A DNA stretch of 64,000 nt, taken from NCBI RefSeq assembly GCF_004010195.1, contig NC_057718.1:99311470-99375469 (forward strand), written 5' to 3'. The notes beneath the pieces are model-generated. The model did no database searches. It was not told where the DNA came from and was given only the letters and a program-made list of their open reading frames with translations. Position 1 is the stretch's first letter; each line of letters begins with the position of its first letter. A program made the translations under genes and the position numbers. Source of the DNA: Chiloscyllium plagiosum (Eukaryota). Below are positions 1 through 11,992 of this stretch, piece by piece.

Positions 1-1078
1 GCTGATAGGAAACAAAGGGTAGTGATAAACGGCTCCATTTTGGAATGGCAGGCAGTGACCAGTGGGGTACCGCAGGGATCCGTGCTGGGACCGCTGCTTT
101 TTACAATATATGTTAATGATGTAGAAGATGGTATTAGTAATAACATTAGCAAATTTGCTGATGATATTAAGCTGGGTGGCAGGGTGAAATGTGATGATGA
201 TGTTAGGAGATTACAGGGTGACCTGGACAAGTTAGGTGAGTGGTCAGATGCAGTTTAATGTGGATAAATGTATGGTTGTCCACTTTGGTGGCAAGAACAG
301 GAAGGCAGATTACTACTTAAATGGAATCAATTTAGGTAAAGGGGCAGTACAGAGAGATCTGGGTGTTCTTGTACACCAGTCAATGAAGGTAAGCATGCAG
401 GTACAGCAGATAGTGAAGAAGGCTAATAGCATGCTGGCCTTCATAACAAGAGGGATGGAGTACAGAAGCAAAGAGGTTCTTCTGCAGCTGTACAGGGCCC
501 TGGTGAGACCACACATGGGGTACTGTGTGCAGTTCTGGTCTCCAAATTTGAGGAAAGACATTCTGGCTATTGAGGGAGTGCAGCGTAGGTTCACAAGGTC
601 AATTCCTGGTATGGTGGGATTACCTTACACTGAAAGACTGGAGCGACTGGGCTTGTATACCCTTGAGTTTAGAAGACTGAGAGGGGATCTGATTGAGACA
701 TATAAGATTATTAAAGGAGTGGACACTCTGGAGGCAGGAAACATGTTTCCGCTGATGGGTGAGTGCCGAACCAGAGGACACAGCTTAAAAATACCGGGTA
801 GACCATTTAGGGCAGAGATAAGGAGAAACTTCTTTACCCAGAGAGTGGTGGCTGTGTGGAATGCTCTTCCCCAGAGGGCAGTGGAGGCCCAGTCTCTGGA
901 TTCATTTAAGAAAGAGTTGGATAGAGCGCTCAAGAATAGTGGAATCAAGGGTTATGGAGATAAGGCAGGAACAGGATACTGATTAAGGATGATCAGCCAT
1001 GATCATATTGAATGGTGGTGCAGGCTCGAAGGGCAGAATGGCCTACTCCTGCACCTATTGTCTATTGTCTATTGTCTA
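1..1078 (+). mobile_element. CR1-clade LINE 3' part (RT C-terminal half, frameshifted near 245-255) with 3' UTR and (CTATTGT)n tail
   Basis: ORF 22-258 has SGVPQGSVLGPLLF and FADDIKL. ORF 236-982 has LVRPH..YCVQFWSP, VQRRFTR and FFTQRVVAVWNALP. Tail ctattgtctattgtctattg at 1054-1078. Confidence 0.95.
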
Positions 1079-1120
1079 TCAGCGTGGTAAGGTTGAATGA
1101 CAGACTTCACCTAACACTAG

Positions 1121-2400
1121 CTCCGAAAGTTAGTGCTTCCCAATGAACCTGTTGGACTATAACCTGGTATTGTGCAATTTTTAACCCTGTAAAAGTTGAT
1201 GAGGGTTCTTATGGACATGCCAAATTTCCTCAGCCTCTGGAGGTTTGGAAGTACTAGCTTATGGAGGACTGTTCCTTCGTCAGGTAGCTAGTGGGGCAGG
1301 ATCATAGGAGGAAAGAGACCTTGGAGTGCAGGTTCATAGCTCCTTGAAAGTGGAGTCGCAGGTAGATAGGATAGTGAAGAAGGCGTTTGGTATGCTTTCC
1401 TTTATTGGTCAGAGTATTGAGTACAGGGGTTGGGAGGTCATGTTGCAGCTGTACAGAACATTGGTTAGGCCACTGTTGGAATATTGTGTGCAATAATGGT
1501 CTACTTCCTATTGGAAAAATGTTATGAGACTTGAGAGGGTTCAGAAGCATTTTACAAGGATGTTGCCAGAGTGGGAGGATTTGAGCTATAGGGAATAGGC
1601 TGAACAGGCTGGGGCTGTTTTCCCTGGAGCATCAGAGGTTGAGGGGTGACCTTATAGAGGTTTATAAAATCATGAGAGGCATGGATAGGATAAACAGACA
1701 AAGTCTTTCCCTTGGGGTGGGGGAGGGCAGAGCTTGAGGGCATAGGTTTAGGGTGAGAGGGGAAACATATAAAAGGGATTTAAGGGGCCACTTTTGCATG
1801 CAGAGGATGTTGCTTGTATAGAATGAGCTGACAGAGGAAGTGGTGGAGGCTGGTGCAATGACAACATTTAAAAAACATCTGGATAGGTATATGAATAGGA
1901 AGGGTTTAGAGGGATATGGGCCAAGTGCTGGCAAATGGGACTAGATTAGGTTAGGATATCTGGTCAGCATGGATGAGTTGGATCAAATGGTCTGTTTCTG
2001 TGCTGTACATCTCTATGACACAGAATTTATAGAAAAAGATCAAAGTGTCATATAACTGATGCAATATATTGAATAAACCAAGATTACTGTTCAGTCTGTA
2101 ATCATTTAGAAAGGGAATGCAGGTTTCGATTGATTAATATGTAAATCCCAGAACTTCGTTCAAGTCTCAGTCCCGAGACCACTTCAGGTTTATCAATATA
2201 AAAGAAAAGGTGACATCTCAGCTCAGACAATGCATTAAAGGTGTGAGGTTAGAGTCTGTCTGTATTCCAATCTTGAGTCAGACAAGTTCTATGTCCAAAG
2301 TAGGAATTTATAAAATGTCACATGGACTGACTGCCTACAGATGTGCACTTTTTGAACAAAACAGAATGTATCTACAAATGCAAATTCACCTCATAGAGTT
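1121..2400 (-). mobile_element. Penelope-like element (family F2) 3' region with inverted terminal piece, split by a CR1 insertion
   Basis: 1121-1186 is the F2 terminal motif on +. 1241-1308 is the same family on - and resumes at ~2017 (gacacagaatttatag), matching the uninterrupted copy at 9705-9900. Confidence 0.7.
1308..2019 (+). mobile_element. CR1 (HER1-like) LINE, 5'-truncated, nested in a PLE
   Basis: Decayed RT C-terminus (RDLGVQVHSSLKVESQVDRIVKKAFG, GLFSLE) and 3' end ...tgtacatctctatga. Confidence 0.92.
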
Positions 2401-2402
2401 AT

Positions 2403-2513
2403 ATGTATGTGTGAGTGTGGGGGGAGGAGAGCGAGAGAGAGAGAGAGAGTGTGTGTGCTTGATAGGGAGTGTGCGTGAATGTGACTGAGTATGTGCCTGT
2501 GAGAGGGTGTGAG
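2403..2513. repeat. (GA)n/(GT)n-rich low-complexity tract
   Basis: gagagagagagagagtgtgtgtg... visible directly. Confidence 0.8.
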
Positions 2514-2697
2514 TCCTACCCAATTGTGTCCTGTGTCCCTTCAAAGAAAAATGCAGTTGTTATAATGTCTGTGACGTGTAAATAGCTGCCACAGTTTCTC
2601 AGGTAAGTCAGTAGTTTAACCACATGTTGCTCAATTTAAGCACTATTTAAGTGAGTGAGTGATAACTTGCACTTAAGCTGTCCTCTTTACCATGTTA

Positions 2698-2826
2698 GGA
2701 GAAAGTGAGGACTGCAGATGCTGGAGACCAGAGCTGAAAAAGTGTTGCTGGAAAAGCGCAGCAGGTCAGGCAGCATCCAAGGAGCAGGAGAATCGACGTT
2801 TCGGGCTTGAGTCCTTCTTCAGGAAT
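2698..2826 (-). mobile_element. Short PLE terminal module (family F1) with CATGTT target-site duplication
   Basis: catgtt|aggagaaagtgaggactgcag...caggaat|catgtt. The same module recurs at 6660, 10961, 31229, 34097, 44492, 49146 and 56757. Confidence 0.85.
2791..2826 (-). ncRNA. Minimal type-I hammerhead ribozyme motif (F1), catalytic core intact
   Basis: Minus strand reads ATTC-CTGAAGA-A-GGAC-TCAA-GCCC-GAAA-CG-TC-GATT. CUGAnGA, GAAA and the UH triplet are present. Stem II has one mismatch. Confidence 0.75.
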
Positions 2827-3067
2827 CATGTTCCAAAGCACTTTGCAACCGGTGGAGTGTATTTAACGTGCGGTCACTAGTTGGAATGTAGGAAGCGAAT
2901 AAGAGACCACAATGTCAGCAAACACTCATAGTTATTTTTGGCAGAGGGAACATTTATCCTCTTTGGTAAAATAATGGGTGGTAGTGAGTGGCTCACTACA
3001 ACCTAAAGAGAGCTGTTGGCAGCCCTGGCAATGTTACAGACACCGCTCCATTTGGCATTAGTGCCCG

Positions 3068-3402
3068 GACACACACACCCACACACACACTCTCATACAT
3101 ACACACACACGCACTCTCTCACACATACGCACACATGCACACACACTCACACTCTCTCACACATACACACACACATACACACAGACATACACATACACAC
3201 ACGCACACATGCACATGCACACACTCACGCACACACACTCTCTCACACATACACACGGACATACATACACACGGACATACATACATACACACTCACACAT
3301 GCACACATACACAGATACACACATATTCACACGCACACACAGACACCCACACACAGACACCCACACACAGACACAGACACACACACAGACTCACACACAC
3401 AG
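3068..3402. repeat. Degenerate (CA)n-rich microsatellite
   Basis: cacacacac/catacacac/cagacac runs over ~335 bp. Source of the His/Thr-rich spurious ORFs. Confidence 0.97.
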
Positions 3403-3759
3403 AGTGAGCTGTAACAGTATGCCTTTTATGGGGTAATGAATGGAGCTTAGTGCCCTGGGAAACAATGCACCAGCTCAATTAACAGCTCGACACCTCTCGC
3501 CAGTGTGGGCTGCAATAGGGAATTAGCTGTGTCATTATTGACTCGTGATAGAGCAGGCTTTTTCACAGCGGCAGCTGCTGCTTGTACAATGCTTCATTGT
3601 GGCACTCCTAATCACATTAAGACTGCTTCATGCTGCACACCATCTGAAATATCTGAGGTCTCAGAATCACCTGGGTACGACTGAGTGGTGCTTTATGTAC
3701 ACCCCCATTTGCTGCCCATATCCAAGTGTTGCAGACTGGAATGGTCTGATGTCCAGGAC

Positions 3760-4128
3760 GATACAAGAACTAGGAGCTGGAGGAGGCCATTCAGCCCCTC
3801 GAGCCTGCCCCGCCATTTAATACCATCATGGTTGATCTCATCTCGGCCTGAAATCCACTTCCCTACCTGCTCTCCATGACCCTTCAATCCATTACTAATT
3901 AAAAATCTGTAACTCTCCTCCTTAAAGGTACTCAATTATGCATACTCATTTATTTACCCAAGCAGAAACATGTTACAGTATTTAAAAGACATTTGGATAA
4001 GCACATGAATCAGGAAGTTTTGTGGGGATATGCGCCAGAAGCAGGCAGGTGGGACTAGTTTAGTTTGGGACTATGTTCGGCACAGACTGGTTGGACCCAA
4101 GGGTCTGTTTCCATGCTGTATGACTCAA
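3760..4128. mobile_element. Two CR1 3'-end fragments (- then +)
   Basis: ggccattcagcccctcgagcctg (-) and tttaaaagacatttggataag...gggtctgtttccatgctgtatgactc (+). Confidence 0.75.
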
Positions 4129-4272
4129 TGTCACAAATTGTATGGAAGCACCTCAGACTGGAATGTGTTCCATGGAGAAAGCTTGTTTCCATCCGTTATT
4201 CAGTGTCAAATCTAAGACTTTTTTGGAAGGCACTTCTAAATATTTTGTGAATGGGTGTAATTTTTGGGGAAG

Positions 4273-5210
4273 ATAGAATCATAGAATCAGACAGCACGGA
4301 AACAGACCTTTTGGTCCAACTCTTCCCCACAGACTAAACATCCAATTTTCCAGCACTTGGCCTATATCCCTCTATTCTTCCTATTCATATACCCACCCAG
4401 ATGCCTTTTTTAACATTTTAAATGTACCAGGCTCCACCACATCCTCTGGCAGCTCATTCCATGCATAAACCACCCTCTACTTGAAAAAGATACCCCTCAG
4501 GTCCTTTCTATATCTTTCCCTCTCACCTTAAATCTATGCCCTCTAGTTTTCCAACCTGGGAAAATACCTTGGCTATTCACCCTATCCATGCTCCTCATGA
4601 TTTTATAAACCTTTATGAGGTCACCCCTTAGCCTCCCGATGCTCCAGGGAAAACAGCCCCAGCCTATTCAGCCTCTCCCTATAGCTCAAACACTCCAGTT
4701 CCAACAACACCTTGTAGATCTTTTCTGCACCCTTTCAAGTTTAACAACATCCTTGTTATAGAATTGAACGCAATCTTCTAAAGGTGGCCTCAGCAATCCC
4801 TGTACAGCCTCAACATGACATCCCAAATCCTATACTCAATGTTCTGACCAATGGAGGCAACTATGCCAAATGCCTTCTTCTCTATCCTGTCTACCTGTGA
4901 CTCCACTTTCAAGGAACTATGCACCTGCACCCCTCGGTCTCTTAGTTAGGCAACACCCTCCAGGACCTTACCATTAAGTGTATAAGTCCTGCTCTGATTT
5001 GCCTTCCCAAAATGCAGCACCTCACGTTTATCTGAATTAAACTCCATCTGCCACTCCTTGGCTCATTGGCCCATCTGGTCACGGTCCCATTGTACTCTGA
5101 GGTAATCTCCTTCACTGTCCACTATAGCTCCAATTTTGGTGTCACCTGCTAACCATACCTCCTATATTCATATTCAAATCATTTCTATAAACGATGAAAA
5201 GCAGGGGACC
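4273..5210 (-). mobile_element. CR1 (HER1-like) LINE, 5'-truncated, decayed
   Basis: Colinear with the copies at 59212-60203 and 61128-62563. Starts with the reverse-complement tail atagaatcatagaatc. Confidence 0.92.
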
Positions 5211-5378
5211 CATATTTAAGGCTGAGATAGATAGATTTTTAACCAGTCAGGGAATCAAGGGTTATGGGGAAAGGGCAGATAAGTGGCTGTGAGGATCAGC
5301 TGTGATGCTATTGTATGACATAGCAGGCTCGAGGGGCCGAACGGTCTATGCCTGTTCCTCATTCCTGTGGTTATATGG
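5211..5378 (+). mobile_element. CR1 3' UTR fragment
   Basis: ggaatcaagggttatgggg...gcaggctcgaggggccgaa resembles 940-1050. Confidence 0.75.
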
Positions 5379-6544
5379 TCCAGAGCTCCCACTTTGTTTG
5401 GATATTGAGGTGCGATGCAGTGTCTTGCGTTGCCAATGGTAACCAGCAGCTTTGATTCATCTCATGCATCCCAGGGCAACTGCAGACTTCCCAGCAAATG
5501 ACGGACACCCGTCAATCACACGTTGACAGCCTCTGTGCATAAAAACGCCCATTGGACCCTGGTCAGGCCCAATGTTGAAATTTAGCATGTTCACATCTGA
5601 GAAACAAGAGAGTTTTCCATTGAGATCTAATCCCCGGGCTTTACAGAGGGAAGTTCAGACAGGACCCCAGCACTGACGTCTTGCAACGCTAACAGAGCAA
5701 GTCCAAATAACAGTTACATATTTTTATTAATCATTTACTTGAAGCAGGTGCCAATACACTCCTTGTGTATCATGATGATGGCATGGATAATACTTGCTGT
5801 GAACCTTATGTATTTATCAAGAAACACACATGCACAGGAACGCTGAGCACGAGTTTATAGCCTGCATTTGGCAATGGACCAACTGCAAAATTAAATGCTC
5901 AATAAATAATTGACTATTTACTAGTTTTGAATGCACTATGTGTGGATAGTGGGCCAAGCCTAACTGCACAGACCTCATTGAAAGTCACGCATGACACAGT
6001 GCAGAGCACTGGGGAGCTCATAAACTTAGTCAAAATGACCGAGATTCCTCCTGTTTGACTAAGGCAGACTTGTTTTAACAGTCATTTCGGGTGAACTTGC
6101 AAACCTTCTGTACATGCGTGCGGTTTGCCTAACCCAGTTGTCAGGGAAAAGGCGATAACGATTCAGAAAAATGTTCCGCAAGGAAATGAAGAGGCAAGGG
6201 TTGGGGCTTTGTGGGTGAGAGAGAGGGTGTTAAGCAGATGGACGGAAGCTCTGCAAGTTGGATGGACAGTAACCTTAGACTAGCCAAAGAGCAGGTGAAA
6301 ACCATATATCAGACTACTCCCAGTGAAGCTGAGTACGTGAAATTTCTGTCTTCTTGTACAAAACAAAACTTGATCTAACTTTTGGATTGGGACTGGGATT
6401 CATTGTTTAGTCATTAGGCTGTCTTAATATGTGCCCTCAGATTTCAAGACCATTTCTGTTGCAACACCTGCCCTTACCATGACCTGAAACAAGGACATCC
6501 AAAGTTCAAAATGATTGGAAAAGAGCAAATTCAGGTTAAAAAAT

Positions 6545-7285
6545 GATGTGATTTGATTTTTTATTGTCACGTGTACTTAAGGTGCAATGAAAAGTTTTGT
6601 TTTGAGTGCAGCATGAGCAGATCATACCTTACAAAGTGCGTTAGGGTAACAGAACAGAATAAGTAAAAACAAGGGCTGCAGATGCTGGAAACCAGATTCT
6701 AGACTAGAGTGGTGCTGGAAAAGCACAGCAGCATCCAGGGAGCAGGAAAATCGACCTTTTGGGCAAAAGCCCTTCATCAGGAATTGAGGTACAGAATACA
6801 GTGATACAGCTGCAGAGAAGGTGCACAGAGTGCAAGATCAACAATAGATTTGAAATTTGAGAGGTCCATTCAGAAGTCCAATAACTGCGGGGAAGATTCC
6901 ATGTTTTTGAATCTGTTGGTTCTTGGGTTTAAGCTTTTGTATCTTCTGCCTGATGGAAGAGGTTGGAAGAGATTATAACCGGGGTGGGAGGGCTCTTTGA
7001 ATATGATGGCTGCCCTTCCAATGTAGCAGGAAGGATAGATGGAGTCAATGGGTGGAAGTTTGATTTGCATGAGCTGTGTTCACAACTCCCTAGTTTCTTA
7101 CCGTCCTGGGCAGAGCAGTTGCCATATCAGGCTGTGATGCATCTGGATAGAATGCTTTCTGTGGTGCATCCACTAAAATCGGTAACTGTCTTTATGGTCA
7201 TGTTACACTTCCTTAGCCTCCTGAGGAAGCAGAGGTGTTGTTGTGCTTTCTTGGCTGTCACATCAATGTGGGTGGACCAGATGAA
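6545..7285 (-). mobile_element. Rex1/Babar-type LINE 3' end, interrupted by an F1 PLE module (6660-6784)
   Basis: ORF 6870-7070(-) has LPPIDSIY...EPSHPGYNLFQPLPSGRRYKSL. (ATTTG)n-like tail. ACAGAATA is duplicated around the F1 insert. Confidence 0.85.
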
Positions 7286-7442
7286 ATAATTTTATATTGA
7301 TCCGATTTCAATGCAGAGTCAGGGTCATTTCATTGAGTTAACGTTTCGCCAGAACTTGTGTTCAGATTGCAATCAAGACTGATCCAACAGGCAGTTTTGA
7401 ACAATTTGGAAGAGGAGCACTGTACTAGACAATTGGCTTTAC

Positions 7443-7525
7443 AATGAAGGGCTCCTGCTCGAAACGTCGATTTTCCTGTTTTTCGGATGCTGCCTGACCT
7501 GCTGTGCATTTCCAGCACCACTCTA
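7443..7525 (+). mobile_element. F1 PLE module, truncated within the hammerhead core
   Basis: atgaagggctcctgctcgaaacgtcgattttcctg...ggatgctgcctgacctgctg. Confidence 0.75.
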
Positions 7526-7570
7526 AAATTGGCTTTATGAGGGCAGTTCTTGTTGTTCAAGACAGTCCTG

Positions 7571-7858
7571 TGGGCGGCACGGTGGCACAGTGGTTAGCAC
7601 TGCTGCCTCACAGCACCAGAGACCTGGGTTCAATTCCTGCCTCAGGTGACCCACTGTGTGGAGTTTGCACATTCTCCCCGTGTCTGCGTGGGTTTGCTCC
7701 GGTTTCCTCCCACAGTCCAAAGATGTGCAAGTTAGGTGAATTGGCCATGCTAAATTGCCCGTAGTGTTAGGTAAGGGGTAAATGTATGGGTGGGTTGCAG
7801 GTCGGTGTGGACTTGTTGGGCCAAAGGGCCTGTTTCCACACTGTAAGTAATCTAATCC
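7571..7858 (+). mobile_element. HE1-like tRNA-derived V-SINE
   Basis: A box tggcacagtgg, B box ggttcaattcc, core gtggagtttgcacattctccccgtgtctgcgtggg, CR1-like 3' end and (TAATC)n tail. Confidence 0.93.
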
Positions 7859-8139
7859 TCTGGAGCAGATAATGATTTTCATTCTGACAAGATAAATAAG
7901 GAATGAATATATTTCATTTTCCTTACATTCCTTATGCTCATGTTTGTCCGAGTTGTGAACCTGTTACTGGCACATCACTAAGTCCAGCCTGGTCCACATC
8001 CCTCAGCCCTCGCTCTGTGTTTCCACCAGGTAAGGCTAAGTGGCCCAAGCTTTTCTGAAAACAGAAACTGTTTCCTTAAAACATTGTCTATCACTATACA
8101 TTGTTTTTAAAGTCTAAGTGGATTTGTCAGGCCGTAGTT

Positions 8140-8795
8140 AAGTGCTGGAGAAACTCAGCAGGTCTGGCAACATCTGTGGTGAGAGAAACAGAGTTGACAA
8201 TTCAAATCCAGCAATCCTTCTTCAAAGTACCAGAGAAATATCAGATTGGACTTGATGTTTCTCTCACATCAGATGCTGCTGGATGTGCTGGTCTTTTCTA
8301 TATTTATTGTGGGTGTCATTGGCTGGGCCCAGCATTTATTACCCGTCCCTAGTTGCCCCTTGAGAAGGTAGGGTTGAGCTGCCTTCTTGGACCGCTGCAG
8401 TCCATGTGCTGTGGGTTGACCTACAATACCATTAAGGAGGGAATTCCAAGATTGTGACCCAGCGGCAATGAAGGAACGGTGATATATTTCCAACTCTGGA
8501 TGGCGAATGGTCCTGGTGGGGTCTTGCAGGGGGTGGTGTTCCCATGTATCTGCTGTCCTTGTCCTTCTAGATGGGAGTGGACATGGGTTTATTAGGTGCT
8601 GTCTGAGGATTTCTGGTGAATTTCTGCACTGCATCTTATAGATAGTACACACTGCTGCCACTGAGCGTCAGTGGTGGAGGGAGTGGATGTTTGTGGATGT
8701 GGTGCCAGTCGCGTGGGGGCTGCTTTGTCCTGGATGGTGTCAAGAAGCTTGACTGTTTTTATTTCAAATCTCCAGCATCTGCAGCATTTTCATTT
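8140..8795. mobile_element. Degenerate F4 PLE inverted pair (8140-8295, resuming ~8752) with a nested LINE
   Basis: gctggagaaactcagcaggtctggcaacatctgtgg is mirrored by cagatgctgctggatgtgctgg. Continues with ttcaaatctccagcatctgcag after the LINE. Confidence 0.55.
8305..8750 (-). mobile_element. Second LINE family (CR1/L2 group, here 'family C') 3' end
   Basis: LDTIQDKAA and IHSLHH.RSVAAVCTIYKM motifs on -. 3' end ...taataaatgctgggcccagcc. Repeated at 17685, 30710, 42315, 49990, 53245 and 54795. Confidence 0.8.
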
Positions 8796-8842
8796 TATAG
8801 CAGTTAGTTATTTTAGTTTAGACTCTTTTAAAAGTCTAAAAG

Positions 8843-9142
8843 TGGGCTGCATGGTGGCACAATGGTTAGCACTGCTGCCTCACAGCACTAGCAGACCTGG
8901 GTTCAATTCCTGCCTCAGGCAACTGTCTGTGTGGAGTTTGCACATTCTCCCCGTGACTGCGTGCGTTTCCTCCGGGTCCTCCAGTTTTCTCCCACAGTCC
9001 AAAGATGTGCAGGTTAGGTGAATTGGCCATGCTAAATTGCCCATAGTGTTAGGTGAAAGGGGGAATGGGTCTGGGTGGGTTGCTCGTCGGTGTGGACTCA
9101 TTGGGCTGAAGGGGCTGTTTCCACACTGTAAGTAATCTAATC
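8843..9142 (+). mobile_element. HE1-like SINE, full length
   Basis: A/B boxes, V-core, TAATC tail. Confidence 0.93.
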
Positions 9143-9657
9143 TTATTAAAACTAGTTATGGTGTGTCACTGAAATGAAATCAAAATGGATTGCTCTTATA
9201 ATTAATTCTGCATGGTCCACCTCTCTCAACCGAAACTCTGCATTTCCATCAGGTAAGGCTAAGTGGGCCAAGTCTTCTGAAAAGCCTTACCTTTTCCTGC
9301 AATGATCTCCCTCCCCATGTTCGCCTCAGTCACACTTAGGTGTTGAATGCATTTTTTTTCAATTGCTTGTAACAGAGCGCATATATTCCACAGTCCTACA
9401 GTAATGTGTTCGCATCTCGCCTGATGTGGGGACTTCAGCTGCAAAGGAAGGCATTAGAAAATGTTGACAACTTTCCCTGGCACCCAATGGTCCAGTTCCA
9501 TCACAATAATCGCTACAACTGCTGCTGCTATCCTTTGCTACATCCTCTCTTTCCCTTCCATCCTTCCAGTTTAAGCTCCTATGTTCCATTGGTAGTGTTC
9601 CTAACTGGAGACCTGGTGTCACCTGCTCAGGAGGAGTATAATGACGTCTCTGAACAG

Positions 9658-10000
9658 AGTTAAAAATCACACAACACCAGGTTATAGTCCAGCAGGTTTA
9701 TTTGGAAACACTAGTTTTTGGAGCGCTGCTCCTTCATCAGGCGGTTGTGGAGAATAAGATTGTAAGACACAGAATTTATAGCAAAAGTTTACAGTGTGAT
9801 GTAACTGAAGTTATAATACTGAAAAAGATGGGGATTGTTTAAGTCTCTCATCTTTTAGAATGACCATGTTGGTTTCAGTTCTGTCATATGTAAATCGCAA
9901 ATCCTTTTTTGCTTCCAAATAAACCTGTTGGACTATAACCTGGTGTTGTGTGATTTTTAACTTTGTACACCCCAGTCCAACACCAGCATCTCCAAATCAT
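9658..10000. mobile_element. F2 PLE insertion: minus-strand 3' region joined to a plus-strand terminal copy, TSD TCTCTGAACAG
   Basis: gttaaaaatcacacaacaccaggttatagtcc (9659) is the reverse complement of ggactataacctggtgttgtgtgatttttaac (~9930). tctctgaacag flanks both sides. Confidence 0.85.
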
Positions 10001-10297
10001 CTCTGAACAGGTTGCTGAGAAAATGTGAACTTCTGGATCTGAACAGTACTCTTTTTCCCGCTTCAGGCAACTGTCTGTATGACCATGTTGGTTTCAGTTC
10101 TGTCATATGTAAATCGCAAATCCTTTTTTGCTTCCAAATAAACCTGTTGGACTATAACCTGGTGTTGTGTGATTTTTAACTTTGTACACCCCAGTCCAAC
10201 ACCAGCATCTCCAAATCATCTCTGAACAGGTTGCTGAGAAAATGCGAACTTATGGATCTGAACAGTACTCTTTTTCCCGCCTCAGGCAACTGTCTGT
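9860..10297. repeat. 219-bp tandem duplication (9860-10078 / 10079-10297)
   Basis: atgaccatgttggtttcag...caggcaactgtctgt occurs twice with about 3 mismatches. Confidence 0.95.
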
Positions 10298-10511
10298 GTG
10301 GAGTTTGCACGTTCTCCCCGTGTCTGCGTGGGTTTCCTCCGGGTGCTCCTGTTTCCTCCCACAGTCCAAAAATGTGCAGGTTAGGTGAATTGGCCATGCT
10401 AAATTGCCCATAGTGATAGAGGAATGGGTATGGGTGGGTTGCTCTTCGGAGGCTCGGTGTGGACTTGGTGGGCCGAAGGGCCTGTTTCCACACTGTAAGT
10501 AATCTAATCTA
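10277..10511 (+). mobile_element. HE1-like SINE, 5'-truncated
   Basis: V-core and TAATC tail; no tRNA head. Confidence 0.9.
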
Positions 10512-10892
10512 AACTGTACTCTTCTCCTGAAGGATAGGCTGACTAACTTTGATGTAAATAACTCCGTGGTGCTTCAATGTTCTGAAAACCTTAAGAAATC
10601 GGAGCAGGAGTACCCTGATCTTTGCACCCTCTGGGTGGGAAATTTCTCCACATCTCAGTCCTCAATGTAGATCCCTTACTTTGCGACCCTGTGTTCTGCA
10701 CACCTCAGCAAGAGGGATTCTCAATGTCTACCATGTCAGGCCTCTTATCAATCTTATATGTTTCAGTTCAGTCATCTTTCATTCTTCTAAATAACTTAGA
10801 AACAATCACTTACCACAGCGGACTCCCTTCAAAAAATGAGCCCGTCTAGTGAGGCTTCATTACACTCCCTCCAGGGTCTTCCTTAGGTAATA

Positions 10893-11285
10893 AAGATGTG
10901 GAGTTACTGGTGTTGGACTGGGGTGGACAAAGTTAAAAAATTACACAACACCAGGTTATAGGAGAAAGTATGGGCTGCAGATGCTGGACATCAGAGTTGA
11001 GAGTGTGGTGCTGGAAAAGCACAGCAGGTCAGGCAGCATCCGAAGAGCAGGAGAGTCAAGTTTCAGGCACAAGCCCTTCATAAGGAATCCAGTTGAAGGG
11101 CTTATGTCTGAAATATCAATTCTCCTGCTCCTTGGATGCTGCCTGACCTGCTGTGCTTTTCCAGCACTACACTCTCAACACCAGGTTATAGTCCAACAGG
11201 TTTATTTGGAAGTATTAGCTTTTGGGGCATTGATCCTTCATTAGGTAGCTGTTGGACTATAACCTGATTTTGTGAGATTTATAAC
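10893..11285. mobile_element. F2 PLE module containing a nested F1 inverted pair (10961-11178)
   Basis: caacaccaggttatag is duplicated at ~10946 and ~11176. The insert arms ~10995-11080 and ~11094-11179 are reverse complements. Confidence 0.85.
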
Positions 11286-11724
11286 TCAGGTGATGAAACC
11301 ATAGCTGCAAATGATACAACATGCATGGCGTCACCAATGCTCTACAGTTGTATTAAGATATTTTGCTGTTAATTGCCAAACCCTTTGTAATAAAAGCAAA
11401 CAACCTGTTTGCCTTGCTAATTGCTTGTTATTGTTCAGGAAACAGAGTGTCAAAAAGTGGATCCCCGTAGCTGTGAAGAAAATTAGCAAAGAGTATCAAA
11501 GTTCTAATGTGTAGATTCAATAGGATTGACTTTCTTTGTCCAAATGGCAGAATACTTTCCACTGGCTTGTGTTTTCATCACTCTCAAAGATGGCATGAAC
11601 CATGTGACCATATCTGGGCTAAATGGCCTGCAGCAACTTCCTCTGTCTCCAATAATAGGTGTTCAGGAAGATGTCACCTCAGCACTGTCCCAATAGCACT
11701 TTTGTTCAAATCGTGACTATTGCA

Positions 11725-11992
11725 TATGGTGGCTCAGTGGTTCGCACTGCTGTCTCCGGGGCCCAGGTTTGAGTATAGTCCTGGGTGACCGTCTGTGTGG
11801 AGTTTGTATGCTCTCCCCATATCTGTTCCCTCTGGGTGCTGCTATTTCCTCCCCAGTCCAAAGATGTGCAGGTGAGGTGAATTAGCCATGGGGAAATATC
11901 GGGTTAGGGTAGGGGAATGGGTCTGGGTGATATGTTTTTCAGAAGGTCGGCATGGATTGAAAAGCTTGCTTCCACACTGTTGGGATTCTATG
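11725..11992 (+). mobile_element. HE1-like SINE, diverged
   Basis: ggtggctcagtgg head and ccaaagatgtgcagg core. Confidence 0.85.

Noticed and set aside
236..982. 248-aa ORF as a host gene or active RT
   Set aside because: It is the C-terminal part of a CR1 ORF2, separated from the upstream RT motifs by a frameshift.
2988..3478. His/Thr-rich and Cys/Val-rich ORFs
   Set aside because: Translations of a (CA)n microsatellite.
7571..7645. tRNA genes at SINE heads
   Set aside because: A/B boxes run directly into the SINE core; these are tRNA-derived heads, not tRNA genes.
7504..7764. Recurrent ORFs such as CGVCTFSPCLRGF..SSHSPKMCR
   Set aside because: Read-through of HE1-like SINE copies, which are non-coding.
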